From Actinomycetota bacterium (GTDB lineage Bacteria; Actinomycetota; Acidimicrobiia; Acidimicrobiales; Aldehydirespiratoraceae): 44,643 nt of DNA. The position numbers were made by a program, and so were the translations under genes. Shown in pieces: positions 14,923 to 21,971 of the stretch (position 1 is the first letter of the stretch; each line of letters starts with the position of its first letter). The stretch is taken from contig JBCBYI010000002.1 of the NCBI GenBank assembly GCA_039815945.1, positions 1-44,643 on the forward strand. Reading direction: 5' to 3'. Below the pieces are notes generated by a model that was given only the letters and a program-made list of their open reading frames with translations, had not been told where the DNA came from and did not search any database.

Positions 14923-15616
14923 CGTCGTCTCCCGGCTGCGGGGTGTCCGGGCGGTCTCCGCCGTCGCCGCCGCGGCGGTCGGCGGTGATGGTCCCGCCCG
15001 CGACAGTGAGATGGCGGGTGGCGAGATCGAGCGTGCGATCGAGTTCGTGCGAGGCGAGCATCACGGTGGCCCCTGCGGCAGCGGCGTCGAGGATCACCTG
15101 ATCGATGAGATCGCGGCCGCTCTGGTCGAGCCCGGAGTGGGGCTCGTCGAGGAGCCAGAGCCGGGGACGACGCACGACGACGGCGGCGAGGGCGGTGCGG
15201 CGCCGCTGCCCGGCGGACAGGTCGCGCACGGCGACGTCGCGGATGCGGTCCGCCACCCCGAGTCGATCGAGCGCTGCGGGCACGGCGGCGACATCGACAC
15301 GCGAGGCCTCGGCCCAGAAGCGCAGGTTCTCCTCGACGGTGAGGTCGTCGTAGAGCGCGGTGTCGTGGCCGAGCAGACCGACCGAGCGACGCACCGCAGC
15401 CCGGTCGGTGGTCAGGTCGTGGCCGAGCACCTCGGCGCGCCCCGACTCGATGCGCAGGAGTCCGGCGCAGACCCGCAGGAGGGTCGACTTGCCCGCACCG
15501 TTGGGTCCCTGGACGAGCACGATCTCGCCTTCGCCGACCTCCAGATCCGCGCCAGCGAGGGCCGGGAACCGGCCGAGGAGCGCGACGACGCTCTGGAGAG
15601 AAACGATGGACACCAC
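14912..15616 (-). CDS. ccmA: Heme exporter ABC ATPase CcmA
   Basis: Walker A GPNGAGKSTLLR, ABC signature LSAGQRRRTALA, and Walker B LWLLDEPHSGLD. The 5' end has tandem GTG codons at 15616 and 15613. The second lies exactly 6 nt downstream of a TAGCGT hexamer, so 15613 is an alternative leaderless start. Confidence 0.9.
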   Translation of the reverse strand: MVSIVSLQSVVALLGRFPALAGADLEVGEGEIVLVQGPNGAGKSTLLRVCAGLLRIESGRAEVLGHDLTTDRAAVRRSVGLLGHDTALYDDLTVEENLRFWAEASRVDVAAVPAALDRLGVADRIRDVAVRDLSAGQRRRTALAAVVVRRPRLWLLDEPHSGLDQSGRDLIDQVILDAAAAGATVMLASHELDRTLDLATRHLTVAGGTITADRRGGDGGDRPDTPQPGDDDAA

Positions 15617-15619
15617 GAA

Positions 15620-15629
15620 ACGCTAGCGT
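15620..15629. promoter_or_regulatory. Perfect 10-bp palindrome ACGCTAGCGT that presents a TANNNT hexamer (TAGCGT) on both strands (candidate back-to-back -10 elements for ccmA and the sortase gene)
   Basis: It lies in the 49-bp ccmA/sortase divergent spacer. On the minus strand, TAGCGT (15625-15620) sits 6 nt upstream of the GTG at 15613. On the plus strand, TAGCGT (15624-15629) sits 36 nt upstream of the sortase GTG at 15666. Confidence 0.35.
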
Positions 15630-15665
15630 CGCGCCGGGAACGGTCCGGCTCAGAAGCGGACGGGT

Positions 15666-16967
15666 GTGACCGATGATGCAATCATGACCGACGTGCTCGA
15701 TCCCCCTTCCGAGGCACTCGACGCCGCCGACCGACCCGCCGCCGAGGTCCCACCGGCGCCGCGGCTCGCGCGAGTGCTCGGCGCCGCCGGTCGCACGATG
15801 ATCATCGCCGGCATCGTCGTGTTGCTCTTCGTCGTCTTCCAGCTCTGGGGCACCGACATCCAAGAGGCACGCGCCCAGAACGGTCTCGAGTCCGAACTCG
15901 ACGAGCGGTTCGAGACCATCGCCACCGAGTTCGACCCCGCGCTGTTCGCCCGTCCTGTCGCCGAGCCGGTCGATCCCGCCGACGACCCCGTCCTCGCCGA
16001 CGAGCCGGACGGCGAGGTTCCCGCCGCGACCGCCGACCCGGTGCCGACCGCGACCGTTCCCGAGGTCGACGACGAGCTGCTCGCCCTGCTGTTCCCCGAC
16101 GACGGTGATGCGTTGGCGAAGATCGAGATCCCCACGATCGAGGTCGACAAGATCGTCGTGCGGGGTGTCGCCGTCGCCGACCTGCGCAAGGGACCCGGCC
16201 ATTACGACCAGACCTCGCTCCCCGGCAACCCGGGCAACAGCAGCATCGCCGGCCACCGGACGACCTACGGCTCGCCCTTCAACCGCATCGACGAGCTCCA
16301 GCCCGGCGCCGAGATCACCGTGACGAGTGTCCAGGGCGAGTTCACCTACCGCGTCATGGATCCGACCCTCGCCTACGCCGACGACCTCGACCGAGTGCTC
16401 GAAGTCGGCGGCGGGCACATCATCGTCGACCCTGGCGCGACCTGGGTCCTCGGCGACTTCGGCGACGATCGCCTCACGCTGACCGCCTGCCACCCGAAGC
16501 TCTCGTCGCGCCAACGCATCATCGTCACCGCCGAGCTGGTCGACGACGCGGTGGCGCTGCCCGAGTGGGCGGTGGCCGCCGAGGCCGAGCGTCAGGCTGC
16601 GATCCGCTTGGGTGCCGACGGCACGACCGACACCGTGCCCCCGACGACGATCGCCGACCCCACCCAGACCGTCACCGAGAGCCCCCCGCCGATCGACGAC
16701 GAGTCCGACGACGTCGAGGTCGCCGCGGTGACGTTCGAGGAGCCGGATCTCGACGAGGGTCTCAGCGGCGAACGGGACGCCATCCCACCCGCGATCGCCT
16801 GGCTGCTCGCCGCGACGGCGCTGTGGTTCGCCGGGGGCTGGATCGGTCGTCGCCTCGACGCCGACCGGCTGCAGCGGCTCGGACTCCGGTTCGCCGGCTT
16901 CGTCCCCGCCGCCGTGTGCCTGTGGTTCGCGTTCGAGCTCGTCGACCGGGCCCTGCCGGCCGGCTGA
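15666..16967 (+). CDS. srtE: Class E sortase (LAxTG-specific transpeptidase) with extended N- and C-terminal regions
   Basis: 433-aa ORF starting at GTG 15666, with an alternative ATG at 15684.
- N-terminal TM helix: MIIAGIVVLLFVVFQLW.
- Sortase core: LRKGPGHYDQTSLPGNPGNSSIAGHRTTYGSPFNRIDEL ... LTLTACHPKLSSRQRIIVTAEL. This contains the His, the TLxTC Cys and the Arg.
- Two further C-terminal TM helices. Confidence 0.85.
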   Translation: MTDDAIMTDVLDPPSEALDAADRPAAEVPPAPRLARVLGAAGRTMIIAGIVVLLFVVFQLWGTDIQEARAQNGLESELDERFETIATEFDPALFARPVAEPVDPADDPVLADEPDGEVPAATADPVPTATVPEVDDELLALLFPDDGDALAKIEIPTIEVDKIVVRGVAVADLRKGPGHYDQTSLPGNPGNSSIAGHRTTYGSPFNRIDELQPGAEITVTSVQGEFTYRVMDPTLAYADDLDRVLEVGGGHIIVDPGATWVLGDFGDDRLTLTACHPKLSSRQRIIVTAELVDDAVALPEWAVAAEAERQAAIRLGADGTTDTVPPTTIADPTQTVTESPPPIDDESDDVEVAAVTFEEPDLDEGLSGERDAIPPAIAWLLAATALWFAGGWIGRRLDADRLQRLGLRFAGFVPAAVCLWFAFELVDRALPAG

Positions 16968-16981
16968 CCCGACCGCGGGTC

Positions 16982-16987
16982 TAGCCT
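16982..16987 (+). promoter_or_regulatory. Putative -10 hexamer TAGCCT, 6 nt upstream of the ATG at 16994 (leaderless-type arrangement)
   Basis: cTAGCCTtcgcggATG. The geometry is the same as at 1424, 24302 and 29263. Confidence 0.35.
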
Positions 16988-16993
16988 TCGCGG

Positions 16994-17608
16994 ATGCCTC
17001 GCGTCCGTCTGCTCCTCGCCGCCGTGGCCGTCTCGGCGTTCGCCGGCGCCTGCAGCGACGGTGGCGCCGATGCCGGGGGCCGCCAGGATCCGGCAGCGGC
17101 CGCCGACGCCGATCTCGACGCACGTGCCGCCGAACCCCGCGACGACGTCGACGTCGACGGGCCGAGCACCACCTCGTCCACCACGACCTCGTCGACCACG
17201 ACGACGACCACGATCCCGGGAATCATCGTGAACAAGTTCGCGCTCACGATCGACGACTGCTTCGACCAACTCGAGGACCTCGCCGCCGGCCGACCCCGCG
17301 AGATCACCACCAAGATCCCGTGCGACGAACCCCACGATGCCCAGATCTTCAGCCGCCTCTCGTACCCGGCCGAGCCGGGTGAGTTGTATCCCGGCGACGA
17401 CATCGTCGAGGACTTCGCCCTCGCCGCCTGCTATCTCCGCTTCGAGGCGTGGGCCGACGCGATCTATGAGACGAGCGCCCTCGAGATCCGCGCCTTCACC
17501 CCGACCCGCGACGATTTCGAGGCCCAGAGCTATCGGGGCATCCAGTGCTTCGTCGAGCGCGAGGACTCCACCAAGCTCGTCGGCACGTCGCGCAGCAGCG
17601 GCCTCTGA
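16994..17608 (+). CDS. Septum-formation-family lipoprotein with a Ser/Thr-rich linker
   Basis: Lipobox: LLLAAVAVSAFAGAC. Linker: STTSSTTTSSTTTTTTIPG. The following Cys-containing domain (DDCFDQL ... KIPCDEPHDAQIF ... LAACYLRF ... GIQCFVERED) resembles the actinobacterial 'septum formation' domain. Confidence 0.65.
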   Translation: MPRVRLLLAAVAVSAFAGACSDGGADAGGRQDPAAAADADLDARAAEPRDDVDVDGPSTTSSTTTSSTTTTTTIPGIIVNKFALTIDDCFDQLEDLAAGRPREITTKIPCDEPHDAQIFSRLSYPAEPGELYPGDDIVEDFALAACYLRFEAWADAIYETSALEIRAFTPTRDDFEAQSYRGIQCFVEREDSTKLVGTSRSSGL

Positions 17609-17682
17609 GGGGTCCGCACCCTCGCCGGGCCCAGCCGCTACCGTAAGCGCCGGTCAGCGGGCACGACCAGGAGGATTCCTCC

Positions 17683-18534
17683 ATGGCGTTCGCGCCCTTG
17701 GTTCTGGCCATCGTCATCGGCACCGTCGTCGGCTTCTCCCGACGTGGCCGCCTCTCCAACCTCGCCGGCGTGCATGTCGCGTCCGTCCCGCTCTTCGTCG
17801 CCGTCGGCGGCGGGATCGCCGTCGACCGCTTCGACCTGCCCGCGCCGGGTTGGATCGCGCTCGCGACACTGATCGCTGCGCTGGTCTTCACGTTGCGCAA
17901 CCTGCGACTCGTCGGCATGGCGGTCGTGAGCATCGGCATCATCGCCAACCTGGTGCCGATCGCCCTCAACGGCGCCACCCCGGTGCGACCCGACGCCCTC
18001 GTCGAGGCCGGGATGATCGATGCCGCCGACGTCGATCGGGTGATGCTCACCGGGCCCCGGGAACTCACCGACGCCGACACGCTGCTGTCGTTCCTCGGCG
18101 ACACGATCCCGCTCGCGGTCGCCGGCCAGGTCGTGTCGTTCGGCGACCTGATCATCCTCGTCGGTCTCGCCGACGTGCTGGCCAACCTCATGACCCGCCG
18201 TCGTCGCCGGCGGCCGGTTCCCCCGAGCGCGCTCGCCAGCCTGGAGGCGTTCGGATGGCACGAGACCGAGGAAGCGCTCGGCTCGGTCATCGATCTGCGC
18301 ACCGAGATGCGGCCGCTCTACCCCGAGGACGAGGGTGAGGTGGTGCGGGTCTTCGCCAGCACCAACGCGAGTCCGGCCCACGACTGCGGGATCGCCCCAC
18401 CGCCGGCCCCCGAATCGCCGTCCCAGTACTCTGCAAACCCCGAACGGACCGCGCCGGCGATCGTGCGACCACGCACCTCCTCGCCCACCTCGGTCTCCGC
18501 CGGTCCTCGACCCAAGGCCTTCCAGAGCAAGTAG
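17683..18534 (+). CDS. DUF5317-family integral membrane protein with a long C-terminal tail
   Basis: AGGAGGA lies 7 nt upstream of the ATG. DUF5317-like core: IIANLVPIALNGATPV ... LSFLGDTIPLAVAGQVVSFGDLIILVGLADVL. An RRRRRR stop-transfer follows, then a ~100-aa low-complexity tail. The last 217 nt of that tail overlap the convergent hydrolase gene. Confidence 0.7.
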   Translation: MAFAPLVLAIVIGTVVGFSRRGRLSNLAGVHVASVPLFVAVGGGIAVDRFDLPAPGWIALATLIAALVFTLRNLRLVGMAVVSIGIIANLVPIALNGATPVRPDALVEAGMIDAADVDRVMLTGPRELTDADTLLSFLGDTIPLAVAGQVVSFGDLIILVGLADVLANLMTRRRRRRPVPPSALASLEAFGWHETEEALGSVIDLRTEMRPLYPEDEGEVVRVFASTNASPAHDCGIAPPPAPESPSQYSANPERTAPAIVRPRTSSPTSVSAGPRPKAFQSK

Positions 18535-19535
18535 GCGAGCTGAGGCCAGACCGGTCCTCGCCAGTACGACGCCGGGTCGTACATCGGCTCGTCGGGGTGC
18601 ACGCCCCGAGGGCCGTACGCACCGCCGTGATCGGCCGCGTCGGCGAGCGACGCCACCGCGGCCGCGCGCTGACCGGGATCGTCGACCACGAGCAGGGCAC
18701 ACAACGGATCGGCGGTGCGGATCCGGCCCGACGTGAACGCGCCGGGGCCGCCGTCGACCCACGTCGCGAGTTCGGGATCCCACCGCGCCTCGATCGAGGG
18801 GACGAGCGCGTCGACGTCGGCGAGGAGTTCGTCGTCGCCGGTGACCGTGGCCAGCTCTCGTGCGTTCCACGCCGTGAGGGCGTTGAAGCTCACCGAGGCG
18901 GCGCCGAAGGCGTGATTCGCGAGCGGCTCGCCGGCGGAGCCGAACTCGAGCGAGGCCAGCAACTCGACCTTGTGGCGACGCCAGATCTCGAGATCGAACC
19001 CCTCACCAGGGCAGTAGTGATCCCAGCGGGGCGAGTCGTCGCAGCCGGTCTCCCAGGGGTGCACCACCGTGATCAGGCCCGACTCGGGGTCCCTGGCGCG
19101 ATCGCGCAGGAGGAAGCGGAGCCCGGCGTGGGCTCGTTCGGCGAGCTCGTCGGCGACGTCGATCCCCCGACGGCGCAGCTCGGCGACGGCGTGGCCGTAC
19201 ATCGGTGGTTGGGTGATCGACGAGCCGCCCGGCCGGCCCCACAGCTCGACCGGCACCTGGGGATCGAGCTGATAGCCCATGTGGGGCACGAACCCGGCGT
19301 CGTCCTGGAGTTCGAGCGTGCGGCCGAGCTCGGCGACCGCCCGATCCGCTCGATCGAGATCGGCCCAGATCAGGGCGTGGAAGCAGCTGTCCCACAGCCA
19401 CAACCACGGGTACACCTCGGTGTTGGGCGCGGTGTACCCGAGGTCGACCCACGCGTCGTCCATCAACCGACCGACGGCGGAACCGATCGCCTCGATCGTG
19501 GTGTCGCTCTCGGGATCGGGCATGGTGGACGACAT
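18318..19535 (-). CDS. (alpha/alpha)6-barrel glycoside hydrolase, GH63-like (MGH1 / glucosylglycerate-mannosylglycerate hydrolase-like)
   Basis: The preferred start is the ATG at 19533-19535 (MSSTMPDPESD), with an alternative ATG at 19523. Motifs: YPWLWLWDSCFHALIW, GFVPHMGY, ITQPPMYGHA, VVHPWETGCDDSPRWD and YWRGPVWPQLAYLLW. These are typical of the GH63/GH37-type catalytic barrel. The upstream part of the 18318-19841 ORF is shadow-like. Confidence 0.78.
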   Translation of the reverse strand: MSSTMPDPESDTTIEAIGSAVGRLMDDAWVDLGYTAPNTEVYPWLWLWDSCFHALIWADLDRADRAVAELGRTLELQDDAGFVPHMGYQLDPQVPVELWGRPGGSSITQPPMYGHAVAELRRRGIDVADELAERAHAGLRFLLRDRARDPESGLITVVHPWETGCDDSPRWDHYCPGEGFDLEIWRRHKVELLASLEFGSAGEPLANHAFGAASVSFNALTAWNARELATVTGDDELLADVDALVPSIEARWDPELATWVDGGPGAFTSGRIRTADPLCALLVVDDPGQRAAAVASLADAADHGGAYGPRGVHPDEPMYDPASYWRGPVWPQLAYLLWKALGRGPAETEVGEEVRGRTIAGAVRSGFAEYWDGDSGAGGGAIPQSWAGLALVLAKTRTTSPSSSG

Positions 19536-20565
19536 GGCCGTCTGCGCTTTCGTGTCGTTCCGACTGGGTCTCACCGACGGCGTGTCCGTCGTGGCCGGGC
19601 ACTGGCAGCGCGCCGTCGAGTCGATGGGCTTCGACACGGTGACGGTCGCCGGTGAAGGTCCGGTCGACCGGACCGTAGCCGGACTCGGGTTGGCCGCGAC
19701 CCACCCACCCGATCCCGACGAGCTGCGGGCCGCCCTCGCCGACGCCGGTGTGATCGTGGTCGAGAACCTCTGCACGATCCCGCTCAACCTCCCGGCCGCC
19801 CGCGCCGTCGCCGAGGTCTGCGCGGGCCGCCCGACGGTCATGCACCATCACGACCCACCGTGGCAGCGGGCCCACTTCGCCCACATCACCGAGCTCCCGA
19901 TCGACGACCCGGCGTGGCGCCACGTCACCATCAACGACCTCACCCGCGACCAGTTCCGCGACCGGGGCATCGACGCGGTGCGGATCTACAACGGCTTCCC
20001 TACCGAGACCCGTGCGGGCACCGCGCCCGAGGTCCGAGCGATGCTCGACCTCGCTCCCAACGAGGTCGTTCTCGCCCACCCCGTCCGAGCGATCGAACGC
20101 AAGGACGTCCCGCGGGCCCTGGCGATCGCCGAGGAGCTCGATGCCACCTACTGGCTGTGGGGGCCGGCCGAGGACGGCTACGACGACGAACTCGACCGCA
20201 TCCTGGCCGGCGCCCGATGCCGGGTCGTGCACCGCGCCCCCGACGTCGACTCGATCGATCTCTACCGGGCGTCGAACGCCGTGCTGTTCCCGTCGACGTG
20301 GGAGGGCTTCGGCAATCCCCCGGTCGAGGCGGCGCTCCACGACCTTCCCGCCGCGGTCGGCCCCTATCCGGTCGCCGACGAACTGCGCCGGCTCGGCTTC
20401 CGCTGGTTCCCGACCGACGACGCCGCGCCACTCGGCCGCTTCCTCGCCGAACCCGACCTCGACCTGCTCGCCCACAACCGCGACGTGGCCCGAACCCATC
20501 TCTCCCTCGACTCGATGACCGACGCCTTGCGAGCGCTGTTCGACGAGGCGGGCTGGATACCGTAG
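19534..20565 (+). CDS. Glycosyltransferase family 4 (GT-B fold)
   Basis: Starts at ATG 19534 (MAVCAFVSFRLGLTDGVSVV), with an alternative ATG at 19522. GT4 C-terminal motif: VLFPSTWEGFGNPPVEAALHDLP. It is divergent from, and abuts or overlaps, the hydrolase start codon. Confidence 0.8.
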   Translation: MAVCAFVSFRLGLTDGVSVVAGHWQRAVESMGFDTVTVAGEGPVDRTVAGLGLAATHPPDPDELRAALADAGVIVVENLCTIPLNLPAARAVAEVCAGRPTVMHHHDPPWQRAHFAHITELPIDDPAWRHVTINDLTRDQFRDRGIDAVRIYNGFPTETRAGTAPEVRAMLDLAPNEVVLAHPVRAIERKDVPRALAIAEELDATYWLWGPAEDGYDDELDRILAGARCRVVHRAPDVDSIDLYRASNAVLFPSTWEGFGNPPVEAALHDLPAAVGPYPVADELRRLGFRWFPTDDAAPLGRFLAEPDLDLLAHNRDVARTHLSLDSMTDALRALFDEAGWIP

Positions 20566-20571
20566 GCCGCC

Positions 20572-20844
20572 ATGTCCACCAGCCCCCGCGATCCGGTGCT
20601 CGAACAGCGGGCCCGTGCCAGCCGCCTCGCCGACCTCGGTCAGCGGATCGGCTACGGCTTGTTCGGACTCGCGCTCGTGCTGTTCTTCGTCGGCCTCATC
20701 GGCGACTTCACCGGCGGCATCTCCACCGCGATCATCGTGTGCGTGGTGATCGCATCGATCGTGTTGGCCCCCGCGATCGTGGTGTCGTACGCGGTCAAGG
20801 CGGCCGTGCGCGACGATCTCGAACACGGACGCGAGGTCGACTGA
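20572..20844 (+). CDS. Small membrane protein (2 TM helices), hypothetical
   Basis: 90-aa ORF starting 6 nt after the GT4 stop. Hydrophobic helices: GYGLFGLALVLFFVGLIG and AIIVCVVIASIVLAPAIVV. Its stop shares one base with the ATG of the TetR gene. Confidence 0.55.
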   Translation: MSTSPRDPVLEQRARASRLADLGQRIGYGLFGLALVLFFVGLIGDFTGGISTAIIVCVVIASIVLAPAIVVSYAVKAAVRDDLEHGREVD

Positions 20845-21437
20845 TGGCGATCCGTCTCCCGGCCGCCGAGCGCCGCGCCGGTCTCGTCGATGCCGCCCTC
20901 GCGGTCTTCTCCGCCGAGGGGTTTCAGGTCGCCACCATGGACGCCGTGGCCGCCGAGGCCGGCGTCACCAAGCCGGTGCTCTATCAGCACTTCCCGTCGA
21001 AGCGAGAGCTCTTCCACGAACTCATCCGCGACGTCGCCCGGCGACTCCGCGGCGATGTCAACGATGCGATCGGCGCCGCCAGGAGCCCCCACGACATGGT
21101 CCGTCGCGGCATTCGGGCGGTGTTCACCTTCGTCGACGAACACCCCGAGGAGTTCCGCTTGCTCTACGGCGAGGGCGTGCGATCCGACGAGAAGTTCGCC
21201 GTCGAGGTCCGGGGCTTCGAACGCTCGATGGCCGATGCCATCGCCGGACTCATCGACATCGACGGCATCGAACCGGCCGGTCGGCTCGCGCTGGCCTACG
21301 GCATCGTCGGGCTGGTGGAGGCCAGCGCCCGGCACTGGTCGTTGGGCGGCAGCGGCCTCGACCTCGACGAGGTCGTCGAGCACGTGTCGGATCTGGCCTG
21401 GCACGGCCTCCGCGCCCCGCAGCGCAAGCGGGACTGA
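20844..21437 (+). CDS. TetR/AcrR-family transcriptional regulator
   Basis: ATG at 20844. TetR HTH: RAGLVDAALAVFSAEGFQVATMDAVAAEAGVTKPVLYQHFPSKRELF. Confidence 0.9.
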   Translation: MAIRLPAAERRAGLVDAALAVFSAEGFQVATMDAVAAEAGVTKPVLYQHFPSKRELFHELIRDVARRLRGDVNDAIGAARSPHDMVRRGIRAVFTFVDEHPEEFRLLYGEGVRSDEKFAVEVRGFERSMADAIAGLIDIDGIEPAGRLALAYGIVGLVEASARHWSLGGSGLDLDEVVEHVSDLAWHGLRAPQRKRD

Positions 21438-21441
21438 TCCG

Positions 21442-21960
21442 TCAGGCCGACGGGCGGCGCCCGCCGTGTTCGGGTGGCGGGGTGATGTCGATCGGCTCGG
21501 CGGGAAGATCGCCGGCGATCAGCGCCGGCACGTGCTCACGCAGCGCGTACGGCACGGTCGGCATGTCGCTCGCGAGCAACTCGTCGAGCGTCCACCAGCG
21601 CGCTCCCATGAAGGCCGCAGCTTCGAGCGCCTCGAGTCCCTTGGGGTCGTACTCGCCGCCGTCACACCAGGCGACGTGGATGCGATCGTCGGATTCGAAG
21701 TGGTATCCGGCGAAGTCGTATTCGGTCTGCTGAACCCACACACACGGGCCCATCTCGACGTTGGGGATGCCGGTCTCCTCGTGGAGCTCGCGCAGCGCAG
21801 CCGCACCGGAGTCCTCGTTCCAGCCCATGCCGCCGCCGGGGATCTCGAGCCAGTCGGGCTTGTACGGGTCGATCGGATCCTCGGCCTCGATGAGGAAGAC
21901 CCGGCCCTCGCGGTCGAGGAGCACGACACGAGCCGCCGGTCGTCGCAGGGTGAAGGTCAT
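21442..21960 (-). CDS. NUDIX hydrolase
   Basis: 172-aa ORF with a Nudix box (GX5EX7REUXEEXGU): GGGMGWNEDSGAAALRELHEETGI. Confidence 0.9.
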   Translation of the reverse strand: MTFTLRRPAARVVLLDREGRVFLIEAEDPIDPYKPDWLEIPGGGMGWNEDSGAAALRELHEETGIPNVEMGPCVWVQQTEYDFAGYHFESDDRIHVAWCDGGEYDPKGLEALEAAAFMGARWWTLDELLASDMPTVPYALREHVPALIAGDLPAEPIDITPPPEHGGRRPSA

Positions 21961-21971
21961 GGTCGGCCAAC

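Noticed and set aside
14742-17123. A 793-aa minus-strand ORF that spans ccmA, the divergent spacer and the whole sortase gene.
   Set aside because: Its composition is Arg/Pro/Gly-rich low complexity. It crosses a clear divergent promoter region and overlaps two genes with strong family motifs in other frames. It is a shadow ORF.
19003-20826. A 607-aa minus-strand ORF across the hydrolase 5' end, the GT4 gene and the small membrane-protein gene.
   Set aside because: It has no motifs and an Arg/Gly/Asp-rich shadow composition. The plus-strand GT4 frame has the EGFGNPPVEA signature.
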